Source of the DNA: Planctomycetaceae bacterium | GTDB taxonomy: Bacteria > Planctomycetota > PLA2 | Assembly (NCBI GenBank): GCA_052388375.1 | Contig: JBQTIG010000038.1 | Location: 927-64,926, forward strand | Reading direction: 5' to 3' | DNA: 64,000 bases | Part shown: one piece after another, positions 1 through 9,481 of the stretch | How positions within the stretch are numbered: position 1 is the first letter of the stretch | How the letters are laid out: every line of letters begins with the position of its first letter | Translations under genes and position numbers: made by a program | Notes under the pieces: model-generated | The model's input: the letters and a program-made list of their open reading frames with translations, nothing else | Told to the model about the DNA's origin: nothing | The model's database searches: none

Positions 1-522
1 GGCAAGTCCGAAGGGGTGGAGAGCGCCTCGGAGCAGACGTTCACGGAGCGGCTGGAGCGTGCGATCTCCGAGAAGGCGTCGCTCTTCCAGGAGTTCTATG
101 TCGAGCACGACGAACGCGAGCAGTTGGACTATCGGCTCCAGTTCACCGTCGGCTACCGGCGCAAGCTCGTGGAGAAGGAGAACTTCGTCCTCCACGGCGA
201 GGCGGGCGGCGGCGTCCTGCACGAGGAGTTCCGCACCGGCCCCGAGACGGAGGGCATCGCGCAGGTCGGCTTCGACTTCGTCTGGAAGATCGGCAAGAAC
301 CTCACCTTCACCCAGCGCGTGGTGATCTTTCCGAGCCTCTCCGAAACCGGCGAATTCCGCATCCTCTCCGAGTCGGTCTTCACGACGCCTCTGGGCGAGC
401 GGCTCGACCTCCGGTTCGCGATCATCGACAAGTTCGACTCCAATGCACCCGCGGGGGTGAAGGAGAACGACCTCCTCGTCACCCTCTCGCTGCAGATCCG
501 CTTCACCGGGAAAGGCGGGTAG
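1..522 (+). CDS. DUF481-like outer-membrane beta-barrel protein, 5'-truncated by the window edge
   Basis: The ORF runs in from the window start with high GC3. Its alternating amphipathic beta-strand pattern (LQFTVGYRRKL, FDFVWKIGKNLTF, LTLSLQIRF) and C-terminal aromatic residue are typical of the DUF481/YdiY family. Confidence 0.55.
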   Translation, partial: GKSEGVESASEQTFTERLERAISEKASLFQEFYVEHDEREQLDYRLQFTVGYRRKLVEKENFVLHGEAGGGVLHEEFRTGPETEGIAQVGFDFVWKIGKNLTFTQRVVIFPSLSETGEFRILSESVFTTPLGERLDLRFAIIDKFDSNAPAGVKENDLLVTLSLQIRFTGKGG

Positions 523-540
523 TCGCCGGACGCACCGCGC

Positions 541-1218
541 TCAGAACGGGAAGAGGATCCCCCGCTCCTTGAGCAGATTGGGGCGGGAGGGCGAGAGCCG
601 GTAGAGCTTGGCCGGACGGTGAGCGCCCTCGCGGCGGGCGCCGCGGGTCTCCACCACCGCCCCCAGCGCGAGCATCTTCTTCCGGAAGTTGCGCTTGTCC
701 AGGGGGCGCTCGAGGAGCACTTCGTAGACCTGCTGGAGCTCCGTGAGGGTGAAGGGCTCGTCGAGGAGGCGCAGCGGGACGGTGCTGTACTCCGTCTTGG
801 TGCGCAAACGGTCCACCGCCTTGGCGAGGATGGCGGCGTGGTCGAACGCGAGGGGCGGCGCGTCGTGCGCGGGATGGAAGGCGGCGCCCGCCGCATCGCT
901 CCCCGCGACGGGCAGCGCCTTGGAAGGCGGCACCACGGCAAAGTAGGCTACGCCGATGACGCGGCCGCGCGGATCGCGCCGCGGATCGCCGAAGCTGAAG
1001 AGCTGCTCGAGGTAGAGGCCCGACAACCCGGTCTCTTCCGCCAATTCGCGCCGCGCCGCCTCCTCGAGCCCCTCGTCGGGGAGCACGAAGCCGCCGGGCA
1101 ACGCCCACTTGCCCTTGAAGGGCGGGCTGCCGCGCCGGATGAGGAGCGCTTCCAGGCGGCCTCCGCGGATCGCGAAGACCACCAGATCGACGGCGACGGA
1201 GGCCTCAGAGCCCGCCAT
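541..1218 (-). CDS. nrtR: NUDIX hydrolase with C-terminal winged-helix domain (NrtR-like regulator of NAD metabolism)
   Basis: It carries a Nudix box (GKWALPGGFVLPDEGLEEAARRELAEETGL) and a C-terminal DNA-binding-like region. It overlaps the nadE stop by 14 nt, in the nadE-nrtR arrangement known from NrtR regulons. Confidence 0.6.
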   Translation of the reverse strand: MAGSEASVAVDLVVFAIRGGRLEALLIRRGSPPFKGKWALPGGFVLPDEGLEEAARRELAEETGLSGLYLEQLFSFGDPRRDPRGRVIGVAYFAVVPPSKALPVAGSDAAGAAFHPAHDAPPLAFDHAAILAKAVDRLRTKTEYSTVPLRLLDEPFTLTELQQVYEVLLERPLDKRNFRKKMLALGAVVETRGARREGAHRPAKLYRLSPSRPNLLKERGILFPF

Positions 1219-2791
1219 GAAACCCCTGGGCGATAGGGCGGCGGCGGCCCAGCCCGAAGGCGCGGGGCGAGACCTTGAGGACCACGGCCCCCTGCTGTCG
1301 CTTGTACTCCGCCAGCGCGACCCCTCGCACCACCTGGCGCACCACGGCCTCGGGCACTCCGGCGGCGACGATCTCGCCGGGCGTCCGTCCCTCCTCGAGA
1401 TGAAGCCGCAGGGCGCGGTCGAGCAGCTCGTAGGGCGGCAGGGTGTCCTGGTCGGTCTGTCCCGGCCGCAGCTCCGCCGTTGGCGCGCGCGCGAAGCTGC
1501 GCGGGGGGATGGCGCCGGCGTAGGAGCGCGCGAATTCGTAGACCTGCCCCTTGTAGAGGTCGGCGATGGGCGCGAGCGCCCCCACCATGTCGCCGTGGAG
1601 CGTGCAGTAGCCCATCGCCAATTCGCTCTTGTTGGAGGGCACCAGGACCAGCGAGCGCTCTTTGTTGGCCATCGACATCAGGATCACGCCGCGCAGCCGC
1701 GCCTGGAGGTTCTCCTCCGCGGTGTCGAAGGGGCGCTCGCCCCAGAGGCGACGCAAGCCCTGCTCCAGGAGCGTGTAGCCCTCCCCGATGGGCGCCACGC
1801 GGAAGCGGATCCCAAGCGCCGCGGCAAGGGCGGCCGCGTCCTGCTCGCTCTCCGGCGCGCTGAAGGGCCCCGGCATGGCGATGCCGGTGACGCGGGCGGG
1901 CGAAAGCGCCTCCGCGGCGAGGCAGGCAACGAGGGAGGAGTCGATTCCCCCGCTCATGCCGACCAGCGCGGTGGAAAACCCGGTCTTGCGGAAGTAGTCC
2001 CGGATGCCCAGCAGGAGCGCCGCGCGGAGATCGTCGGTCCCCTCCGGCTCGGCGACGGCGGCGCGCAGGTCGGTCACCACGACGCCCTCGCGGAACGGGC
2101 CGGCGCGGGCGACGAGCCGCCCCGAGGCATCGATGGCGAAGGAGTTCCCGTCGAAGATGAGCTGGTCGTTGCCCCCCACCAGGTTGCAGAGCGCCGCGGG
2201 GATGCGGTGCCGCGCGGCGTGGGCCTGGAGGATCCGTCGGCGGAGCGCGGGCTTGCCGCGTTCGTAGGGCGACGCGCTGATGTTGACGATCAGCTCCGCC
2301 CCCGCGCGCCGGAGGTCGGCCACCGGATCCTCCTCGTAGAGCCCGCCGGTCCAGACGTCCTCGCAGATGGTCACCCCCACCGCGACGCCGCCGCAGGCGA
2401 TCGGAAGCGAGGGCGGCCCGGGCTGGAAGTACCGGCGCTCGTCGAAGACGTCGTAGCTCGGGAGCAGCCGCTTGGCGACCATCTCGGTCCGCCCCCCGCG
2501 GATCAGCACCGCCGCGTTGAAGAGCGGCTTGCCGGGGCCGGGGGCGGGGAGGGGGCAGCCCACCAGGAGGGGCGGGAGCGTCGCATCGGCCGCGAGCTCG
2601 CCCAGCGCGCGCGCGCAGGCCTGGAGGAAGGAGGAGTCCTCGAGCAGGTCGCGCGGCATGTACCCGCAGACCGCCAGCTCCGGGAAGAGCACCAGATCCG
2701 CCTCGAGCCCCGTTGCGGCGCGGCGGATGCGCTCCAGGTTTCCCGGGAAGTCCCCGACCGTGGCGTTGATCTGCGCGAGGGCGAGCCGCAC
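1205..2791 (-). CDS. nadE: Glutamine-dependent NAD+ synthetase (nitrilase domain + NAD synthase domain)
   Basis: The N-terminal CN-hydrolase domain (MRLALAQINATVGDF, FPELAVCGY) is followed by an NAD-synthetase PP-loop (GMSGGIDSSLVA). The 528-aa length fits two-domain NadE. Confidence 0.9.
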   Translation of the reverse strand: MRLALAQINATVGDFPGNLERIRRAATGLEADLVLFPELAVCGYMPRDLLEDSSFLQACARALGELAADATLPPLLVGCPLPAPGPGKPLFNAAVLIRGGRTEMVAKRLLPSYDVFDERRYFQPGPPSLPIACGGVAVGVTICEDVWTGGLYEEDPVADLRRAGAELIVNISASPYERGKPALRRRILQAHAARHRIPAALCNLVGGNDQLIFDGNSFAIDASGRLVARAGPFREGVVVTDLRAAVAEPEGTDDLRAALLLGIRDYFRKTGFSTALVGMSGGIDSSLVACLAAEALSPARVTGIAMPGPFSAPESEQDAAALAAALGIRFRVAPIGEGYTLLEQGLRRLWGERPFDTAEENLQARLRGVILMSMANKERSLVLVPSNKSELAMGYCTLHGDMVGALAPIADLYKGQVYEFARSYAGAIPPRSFARAPTAELRPGQTDQDTLPPYELLDRALRLHLEEGRTPGEIVAAGVPEAVVRQVVRGVALAEYKRQQGAVVLKVSPRAFGLGRRRPIAQGFHGGL

Positions 2792-2859
2792 TCTAAGTGT
2801 GCATACTACACGAAGAGCGCCCCCGCCCCCCTTTTTGGCCTCGCGTGTAGAGTGCCTGG

Positions 2860-3360
2860 ATGCTCCCCCTCGGCGCCTGGCTCGACCACCCGCAGTTCGG
2901 CAGGGGACGGGTCACCGGCCACAACGACACCCGCTACATCTGCACCTTTCCGGGCATCGGCCTCCGGGAATTCGACTCCCACGAGGCGGGGGTCAAGCCG
3001 GCCCCCACGCCGCCCCAGGGCGATCCCCTCAAGACCGCCCTGCGCGAAGTGCTGGACGAATACGGCTTCGGCGGCGTGTCGGAGATCCTGCCGCGGTTCG
3101 AAGGCGGCGAGATCGTCGTGCGGCCGAGCAAGGAGGGGACGAAGGAGATCCACCTTCCCGTGGACGCGCTCTTCCACAAGGTGGTGATGGTGCGCGACCG
3201 GCTGCGCGTGCTGGAGCAGAAGCTCAACGCCCACCCCAAGCTCACCGACGTGGAGAAGGTGGAGATGCAGCAGTACGTGACACGCTGCTACGGCAGCCTC
3301 ACCAGCTTCAACGTCCTCTTCAAGCGCGACGAGGACAAGTTCCGCGGTTCGGGAAGCTAG
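2860..3360 (+). CDS. Hypothetical cytoplasmic protein
   Basis: High GC3, balanced amino-acid composition, diverges from the nadE promoter region. I recognised no domain. Confidence 0.45.
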   Translation: MLPLGAWLDHPQFGRGRVTGHNDTRYICTFPGIGLREFDSHEAGVKPAPTPPQGDPLKTALREVLDEYGFGGVSEILPRFEGGEIVVRPSKEGTKEIHLPVDALFHKVVMVRDRLRVLEQKLNAHPKLTDVEKVEMQQYVTRCYGSLTSFNVLFKRDEDKFRGSGS

Positions 3361-3363
3361 CCG

Positions 3364-3882
3364 GTGTCCGCGGAGGACCGGGAGCGCTGGGAGGCGCGGT
3401 ACGCGGCGGGCTCGCACGCGGGAGAGGAGGCCGACCCCTTCGTGATCGAGGCGCTCCTCCATGCGCCGCGCGGCGGGCGCGCCCTCGACGTGGCGTGCGG
3501 GGCGGGCCGGCACGCCATCGCGCTCGCGCGGCGCGGCTACGCGGTGGACGCCCTCGACGTCTCCCCCGCCGCGATCGCGATGGCCCGCTCGCGCGCGGGC
3601 GGCCTGGCGGTGCGCTGGGCGGAGCGCGATCTGGACGACGCGGCGATCGAGGAGGGCGTCTACGCGGCGGTCGTCTGCGTCCACTACACCGACGAGCGGC
3701 TCGTGCCCCGGCTCGTGGGCGCCCTCGCGCCGGGCGGCCTGCTCGTCTTCGTCGCGCGCCCGCGCGCCCTCTGCCGCTTCGGGCCCCCGCCGGGCGCGAC
3801 GGCGCGCTGGTTCGCCTCCCTCGAGCCGCTCCTCGTCCGGGAAGGGGAGTCGCGCGTGCTCTTCGCCGGGAGGCGCCCGTGA
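3364..3882 (+). CDS. Class I SAM-dependent methyltransferase
   Basis: Motif I reads LDVACGAGRHAIALARRGYAVDALDVS and the acidic post-I residue is present. The stop overlaps the next start as GTGA. Confidence 0.75.
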   Translation: MSAEDRERWEARYAAGSHAGEEADPFVIEALLHAPRGGRALDVACGAGRHAIALARRGYAVDALDVSPAAIAMARSRAGGLAVRWAERDLDDAAIEEGVYAAVVCVHYTDERLVPRLVGALAPGGLLVFVARPRALCRFGPPPGATARWFASLEPLLVREGESRVLFAGRRP

Positions 3883-4580
3883 GATCGATCCTCATCGTCC
3901 CGCTCGTCCTCGCCTGGGTCGTGCTCTGCGCGTCGGTTGCGCTCCTCCTATGGCCCCTCTCCCGCTGGACGAGGTTCGGCGACGCCTGCGCGCGCTGGAT
4001 GGGGCGGGGCGTGCTCTTCCTCGGAGGGGTGCGCCGGCGCGTGATCTGCGGCGAACAGATGCGGGGAGGGCCCCGCGTCATCGTTGCGAATCACGCCTCG
4101 ATGCTCGACATCTGCGCGCTGTTCGCCACCCTGCCCCCGCCTTTCCGCTTCGTGTCGCGACCGTTCTACTTCTTCGTGCCGCTCCTCGGGTGGGCGATGT
4201 TCGTCCAGGGCCACCTCGCTCTCGACCCGTTGCGCCCGCGCAAGGCCGCCGCGGCCTTCGCCCGCATGGCGGACCGGCTGCGCCGCGGGATCAGCCTTGC
4301 GCTCTTCCCCGAAGGGGCGCGCAGCCCGGACGGGGCGGTGCATCGCTACAAGCGCGGGCCGTTCCTCGTGGCCATCGAGAACGGCGTGCCGATCCTCCCG
4401 GTGCGCCTGCGCGGGGCCTATCGCGCGCTGCCCCGCGGGACGTGGCGCATCCGCGCCGGGGAGATCACGGTGGAGTGCGGCGAGCCGATCCCCACGGCCG
4501 GATTGTCGCGGGAAGAGGCGCGCGAGCTGGCGGCGCGGGTGGAGGCGTGGACGCAGGGGGAGGGGGGCGGGGAGGAGTGA
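3879..4580 (+). CDS. plsC: 1-acyl-sn-glycerol-3-phosphate acyltransferase (LPLAT/PlsC family)
   Basis: It has an N-terminal TM helix, an HX4D-type motif (VANHASMLD) and an FPEGARS motif. The GTG start at 3879 overlaps the upstream stop. Confidence 0.75.
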   Translation: MRSILIVPLVLAWVVLCASVALLLWPLSRWTRFGDACARWMGRGVLFLGGVRRRVICGEQMRGGPRVIVANHASMLDICALFATLPPPFRFVSRPFYFFVPLLGWAMFVQGHLALDPLRPRKAAAAFARMADRLRRGISLALFPEGARSPDGAVHRYKRGPFLVAIENGVPILPVRLRGAYRALPRGTWRIRAGEITVECGEPIPTAGLSREEARELAARVEAWTQGEGGGEE

Positions 4581-5333
4581 TCAGTCCTCTTCCATCGCGG
4601 CGAGGACTTCGAGGGGGGACTTCCCGTCGTAGTTGGAGCCGCGCAGGGCGGCGAGGCGCTCCCGCTCGTCGAGACGAAGCATGCTCTCGAAGAGCACTTC
4701 GCTCGGCTGGATCAGGAAGTGGTTGAACCAATCGGAGGGGACGCAGCCGGGCAGGAAGAAGAAGGTCCCGACGGGGAAGTGGACCAGCGAGCAGCAGATC
4801 CCCACGATCTGGACGCGCAGGGAGTCCCAGAGCTGCTCCTGGGTGATGTGGCCGGCGTCGCGCATCCGCACGCCGAACCGGCGCGGATCGTCCAAGGCCT
4901 CGACCGTCGCGATCTGTTCGCGCGTCACGAGGCCGAGGCGCAGGAGCACGTTGCCCAGCCGTTCCGAGGCGTCCGTCGTGCCGGAAAAGACGATCTGGCC
5001 GCGCTTGAAGAAGACCACCTTGGTGAGCGGCCCCGTCGTCACGCAGAGCATCCCGTTCTGGCGGTTGTTCGCGAAGTAGAGAAACAGGTTGTTGAGGATG
5101 TCGTTGTGAAACGTCCCCATCATCGAGACGGGCAGCAGGACCGGGCGGGTGACCCCTTCGCCGCGGAACACCAGCGAGTCGCCCTCGACCGCGATGCGCG
5201 AAAAGCCACCATCCGCAAGACCGAGCGTCTTGCGTGCGATCTTCGGCATCATGACCGAGATCGTGTTGGTGGTCTGGTTCACCCGTGAGTCTCCCGATGC
5301 CCAAGCCAGTATCGGCCCGGCAGCGCGGGCCAC
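4581..5333 (-). CDS. DUF4388 domain protein
   Basis: The segment KVVFFKRGQIVFSGTTDASERLGNVLLRLGLVTREQ is characteristic of DUF4388. The start is uncertain: ATG 5333, a GTG near 5280 with a GGGAGA Shine-Dalgarno, or ATG 5252. Confidence 0.55.
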   Translation of the reverse strand: MARAAGPILAWASGDSRVNQTTNTISVMMPKIARKTLGLADGGFSRIAVEGDSLVFRGEGVTRPVLLPVSMMGTFHNDILNNLFLYFANNRQNGMLCVTTGPLTKVVFFKRGQIVFSGTTDASERLGNVLLRLGLVTREQIATVEALDDPRRFGVRMRDAGHITQEQLWDSLRVQIVGICCSLVHFPVGTFFFLPGCVPSDWFNHFLIQPSEVLFESMLRLDERERLAALRGSNYDGKSPLEVLAAMEED

Positions 5334-5398
5334 TTGAGCCTCCCCCGCCCGGGGGGCCCGGGCTCAGGGGGAGGGGGGGCGAGGGCCGATAGGGGAGC

Positions 5399-7813
5399 AT
5401 GCCGCGCGCCTCCCTTCTCCTGGGCCTTTTCCTCGTGGTCTCCTGCGCCGACCTCACGCAGGTCCCCCCGCCCCCGGTCCGGCTCTCGCTCCTCGACCAC
5501 CGACTCGCCGGGGTCGACGACGACGGACTGCCGACCCTGGCGGCCGCGGACACCCTGCGCCTCCTGCGAGCGGCCCCGTCCGGGGCGCTCGTGACGTTCC
5601 ACGTGCCGGACGTCGCCTCGGCTGGGCGGCGCATCCAGAAAACCGCGCTCTACCGCATCCTGACGAGCCGCGAGATCCGGCAGCTCTTCTCCTCCCTCAC
5701 CGCGTCGCTCCCGTTGCGCTTCCCGGCCTCGGGCCCGGTGTCCGGCGCGGCGGGCGGGGACACCGAGCCGCTGGACCTCCTCTCCTCGCTCCGGGGCGAG
5801 GTGGTGGTGAGCATCGAGGATCTGCCCATCGGCGAGGCAGGCGCGCCGGGCATGCCGCGCCTGCTGTTCATGGCGAACATCCTCGGCGCGGAGCAGGCGG
5901 CGGAGTCCCTCATCGAGGGGATCGGCGTCATGGCGGCGACGGATCGGGCGGTCAAGGTGGAGCGCGGCAGCGCGGGCGGTTCGCGCTTCGTGCGGGTGGT
6001 GCTCCGAAAGCCGATGGATGCCGTCCTCGAAATGGCGGTCCATCGCGGCGCCATCCTGCTCGGGCTCGGCCGCGAGATCGTCACCGAGGCGATGGAGCGG
6101 GCGGAGCGCGACGGGTCCTCCGCCGCGATCGACGCGGGATTCCAGCGCTGCCTCGAGGTGTGCGGCGATCCCCGCGACGCCTTCCGGCTGCACCTCGACG
6201 TCACCGCCTGGCTGCGGAGGTTCGGATCGAGGATCCCGGAGGAGACCCGCCGCGTGCTCACCGAACTCGGCCTCGACCGCGTACGCGGCCTCGCCTTCTC
6301 GCTTCGGCCCGAGGGGGACAACTTCGTGGTCTCGACCTTCCTCGATTCGCCCGGGGGCGAGGACAGCCTCACGCATCTCCTCAAGCGACACGCGGTGGAC
6401 CGGCAGTTCCTCGACCTCCTGCCCAGCGACACGATCGCCTTCTCCGTGTTCGCCCTGGACGGCCGGGCGATCCTGCGCACGCTGCGCACCGCCCTGCCCG
6501 ACGCCGGAGCCGCGGGGCTGGAGGGGTGGATCGGCGAGCTGGGCCGCATGGGAATCGATCTCGAGGGCGATCTCCTCGAAGTCTTCGGGCCCCGCTGCTC
6601 GCTGGTGACGCTTCCGGTGGAGCGCTCCGGCGCCGACGGCCTCGACGCGCTCTGGAAGCGGTTCCAGGGGCTGGTCCTCGTGACGGAGGTGCAGGACGCG
6701 GCGCGCGCGCACAAGGTGTTGGGCCGCCTGCCGCAGGGCACTGGGACGGTGCGCCGCGCCACCCGCACGGTCGGCTCGCACACGGTCCACGACTACCGGT
6801 TCGTGGCCGGCCAGCTCCCTCCGGGATTCTCGCTCTCGTACGCGCTCACCGATGCGCACCTCTTCGTCGCGCTCTCGGAGGATGCGATGACCCGGATGCT
6901 CTCCGTGGAACCCGGGCGGTTCGGCACGCGCTTCCGGGAGGCGGTCAAGGCCGCCCCGGAGACCGTCGCGAGCCTCTCGTACGAGGACGTGCGTTCCGGC
7001 GTCGAGACCCTCGTCGGGCTCTGGTCCTCCCCCACCACCTCGGCACCGGCGACCCCGGAGAAGGAGACCTCGGACGCGGGTTCCCTCGCCTCGCTCCTCC
7101 GCGGGCTCGAGCCCACGGTCTCCTACACGGTGGCGGACGACTCGGGGCTGCTGAGCGTGACCCGCTCCCCCACCGCCGGCTTCGGAGGCATGAACAGCCC
7201 CCTCTCGCTGCTGGTGGTCGCCTCGATCGCGATTCCCAACATGACCCAGGCGCGCATCCAGACCAACGAGTCCACCGCCCTCGTCACCCTGCGCTCCATC
7301 GAAGCCGGGCAGTCCGCGTTTCGCGCGCGGAGGCTGCTCGACTCCGACAACGATGGGGAGGGCGAGTTCGGCACCCTCGAGGAGCTGGCTGGCGACACGC
7401 CCCTGCGTTCCGGCCGCGCCGTCCCCCGCGACCTGACCCCGCTGCCGGGGCTCGTCCGCAACGCCTCCGGGGTCTACGAACGGAACGGCTACCTCTTCCG
7501 CGTCTTCCTGCCCGCCGAGGACGGGTCGCCCGTGGGCGTCGTCGGCTCCCAGCGCCGCGCCCCGGTGGACGGGGATCTCGCCGAGGCGATCTGCATCACC
7601 GTCGCCTGGCCGGTGGAACGCGATCGCACGGGACGGAACTGCTTTCTCCTCGACGCCAGCGGCGTGATCTACGCCTGCACCGATGGGGTCTACGAGGGAG
7701 CCAACCCGCCCCCGCCGGACGTGCTCTCCAGTCAGGCCAACAACATCGCGGCGGCGCCGCTCCCGGCCGGGCAGCCCGGCCGCGACGGCTGTTCCTGGAC
7801 CCGCGTGCGCTGA
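5399..7813 (+). CDS. Large lipoprotein with C-terminal type II secretion pseudopilin / type IV pilin-like domain
   Basis: The signal peptide plus lipobox (LFLVVSC) is preceded by a GGGGAG Shine-Dalgarno 4 nt upstream. The segment PLSLLVVASIAIPNMTQARIQTNESTALVTLRSIEAGQSAF matches the pilin alpha1 helix but lies about 600 aa into the protein, without a G-F/M-x-x-x-E prepilin cleavage site. Confidence 0.7.
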   Translation: MPRASLLLGLFLVVSCADLTQVPPPPVRLSLLDHRLAGVDDDGLPTLAAADTLRLLRAAPSGALVTFHVPDVASAGRRIQKTALYRILTSREIRQLFSSLTASLPLRFPASGPVSGAAGGDTEPLDLLSSLRGEVVVSIEDLPIGEAGAPGMPRLLFMANILGAEQAAESLIEGIGVMAATDRAVKVERGSAGGSRFVRVVLRKPMDAVLEMAVHRGAILLGLGREIVTEAMERAERDGSSAAIDAGFQRCLEVCGDPRDAFRLHLDVTAWLRRFGSRIPEETRRVLTELGLDRVRGLAFSLRPEGDNFVVSTFLDSPGGEDSLTHLLKRHAVDRQFLDLLPSDTIAFSVFALDGRAILRTLRTALPDAGAAGLEGWIGELGRMGIDLEGDLLEVFGPRCSLVTLPVERSGADGLDALWKRFQGLVLVTEVQDAARAHKVLGRLPQGTGTVRRATRTVGSHTVHDYRFVAGQLPPGFSLSYALTDAHLFVALSEDAMTRMLSVEPGRFGTRFREAVKAAPETVASLSYEDVRSGVETLVGLWSSPTTSAPATPEKETSDAGSLASLLRGLEPTVSYTVADDSGLLSVTRSPTAGFGGMNSPLSLLVVASIAIPNMTQARIQTNESTALVTLRSIEAGQSAFRARRLLDSDNDGEGEFGTLEELAGDTPLRSGRAVPRDLTPLPGLVRNASGVYERNGYLFRVFLPAEDGSPVGVVGSQRRAPVDGDLAEAICITVAWPVERDRTGRNCFLLDASGVIYACTDGVYEGANPPPPDVLSSQANNIAAAPLPAGQPGRDGCSWTRVR

Positions 7814-7981
7814 TCAGCTGGCGCGCCGCTGCGTCTCCGCCTGCCCCGGCTCGGGGCGCACGTCCAGGCGCCTCCCGCAATCGACGCAGTAGAGATAGGA
7901 GTGGGTCTCGAGGCGCACGTAGAGGTGCCGGGTCGTCTTCCGGCAGCGTTCGCCCGCGCAGTAGTAGTTGGTGCCCGTCAT
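7814..7981 (-). CDS. Small zinc-ribbon protein (CxxC-N18-CxxC), 55 aa
   Basis: MTGTNYYCAGERCRK...YCVDCGRRL has very high GC3, unlike the 171-aa extension upstream in the same frame, which is low-complexity. Confidence 0.45.
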   Translation of the reverse strand: MTGTNYYCAGERCRKTTRHLYVRLETHSYLYCVDCGRRLDVRPEPGQAETQRRAS

Positions 7982-8108
7982 GGTGTTGCTCGCTGTACGA
8001 TTCCTGGGTGCTGTATCGACTGGACGAAGGCGGAGAGTAAAGCGCATCGGCTTGGACTTCCCGATGCCGCCCCGGCGCCGGCGGCGTCGTGGCGGCGTTC
8101 GCGCATCC

Positions 8109-8753
8109 TCAATACGAAAGCCGTGCCGAAACCGCGATCCGTTTGGGAAACGAGGGATAGAGCAGCGAGGGCAGGGCGCCCTGCCGTTCGGCGATTCCCG
8201 CCAGGATCCGCGCATAGTGCGGGACGATGCGGGCCGCGCGCCGATCCGCCTCCAGCTCGGTCGCCCTCGCGAGGGGAACGGCGAGTACCAGAATAGGACA
8301 CAAGGGGATCGCGAAGGGGGGGAGAGCACGCAGGAGCGGCATCAGGAGACGCGCCGGACCGTCGGTGAAGGGCTCCCAGAAGAGGTCCCCGGCGGCCGCG
8401 TGAGCGATCTCATGCGCAAGAATCGCACGCCGTTCGCTTTCGCCCACCGCGGCGCCGAGGAGGAGTCCATACCCGCGGCCCGCGCGCACGCTCGCCGCGG
8501 TCCATCCGGGGAGCAGACGCACGAAGCGTGGCGCCGGGGCGCCGAGGAGTTCCGCAAGGGTAACGGCCTCGGCGAGGAGCGCGTCGCCGCCCTCCAGCGC
8601 GCGGGGCGCCCGCCCGCAGCCCCACCGGGAGAGCGCGGCGCAGGCAACGATGCATGCCGCGCCGGCGGGCCAGGGGAAGCCGAGCAGCCAGGGCAGGGCT
8701 GCCGCCGCGCCCGCGTTGAGCAGGAGCGCGCCGGCGCGGAGCAGGGGGATCAT
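8109..8753 (-). CDS. Integral-membrane zinc metalloprotease (HExxH; M48/M50-like)
   Basis: It has several TM helices and an HEIAH motif (AILAHEIAHAAAGD). Its ATG 8753 overlaps the pcm stop as ATGA. Confidence 0.55.
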   Translation of the reverse strand: MIPLLRAGALLLNAGAAAALPWLLGFPWPAGAACIVACAALSRWGCGRAPRALEGGDALLAEAVTLAELLGAPAPRFVRLLPGWTAASVRAGRGYGLLLGAAVGESERRAILAHEIAHAAAGDLFWEPFTDGPARLLMPLLRALPPFAIPLCPILVLAVPLARATELEADRRAARIVPHYARILAGIAERQGALPSLLYPSFPKRIAVSARLSY

Positions 8754-9409
8754 CGCGGATCGCCGGTGAGGGGAACGAAGCGGACCGCGGCCACGTCGCG
8801 GTGTTCCACCTTGCCCGCGCGCTTCTCGTAGACCCGCAGGACCTGCTCCACCCCCCCCACCGGCGCGACGAGTCGCCCCCCTTCGCGCAGCTGCGCGAAG
8901 AGCGCCTCGGGCACCGCGCGCTCCGGCGCCGCCGTCACCACGATGGCGTCGTAGGGCGCGAGGGGCGGCCAACCTTCCCTTCCATCCGCGAACCGGCAGA
9001 TCACGTTGGCGTAACGGAGGCGGAGCAGGGTGGCGGCGGCGGTGCGGGCCAGCGGCTCCACGTTCTCCAGGGTCACGACGCGGCCCGCGATCTCGGCGAG
9101 GACCGCCGCCTGGTAGCCCGACCCCGTGCCCACCTCCAGCACCGATTCCCCCCCGCGGAGTGCGCAGAGCTCGGTCATGAGGGCCACGATGTAGGGCTGG
9201 CTGATGGTCTGGCCGAACCCTAGCGGGAGGGGCCGATCGGCGTAGGCGTCGGCGCGCTCCTCCACGGGCACGAATTCGTGCCGCGGAACCGTTCGGAGCG
9301 CGGCGAGAACGAGGCTGTCCCGGATCCCGCGACGCTCGATCTGGCGGCGCACCATCTCGAGGCGCTCCGCGCGCGGATCGGAGAGCGAAGAGCTATAAAG
9401 ACGCGCCAT
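8750..9409 (-). CDS. pcm: Protein-L-isoaspartate O-methyltransferase
   Basis: QTISQPYIVALM and LEVGTGSGYQAA are the canonical PCMT motifs. Confidence 0.85.
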   Translation of the reverse strand: MARLYSSSLSDPRAERLEMVRRQIERRGIRDSLVLAALRTVPRHEFVPVEERADAYADRPLPLGFGQTISQPYIVALMTELCALRGGESVLEVGTGSGYQAAVLAEIAGRVVTLENVEPLARTAAATLLRLRYANVICRFADGREGWPPLAPYDAIVVTAAPERAVPEALFAQLREGGRLVAPVGGVEQVLRVYEKRAGKVEHRDVAAVRFVPLTGDPR

Positions 9410-9481
9410 GGATGCCGCTTCCCTCAAGGGTAGCCTACCGAAGTCACGCGACCAAGACTCCAGAGCGCAAGGGCGCGCGCG

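Noticed and set aside
5279-6859. 526-aa and 377-aa minus-strand ORFs, plus the 626-aa plus-strand ORF 6160-8040, overlapping the lipoprotein gene
   Set aside because: They are Arg/Pro-rich antisense or alternate-frame translations. The plus-frame lipoprotein has a signal peptide, a lipobox and a pilin-domain motif.
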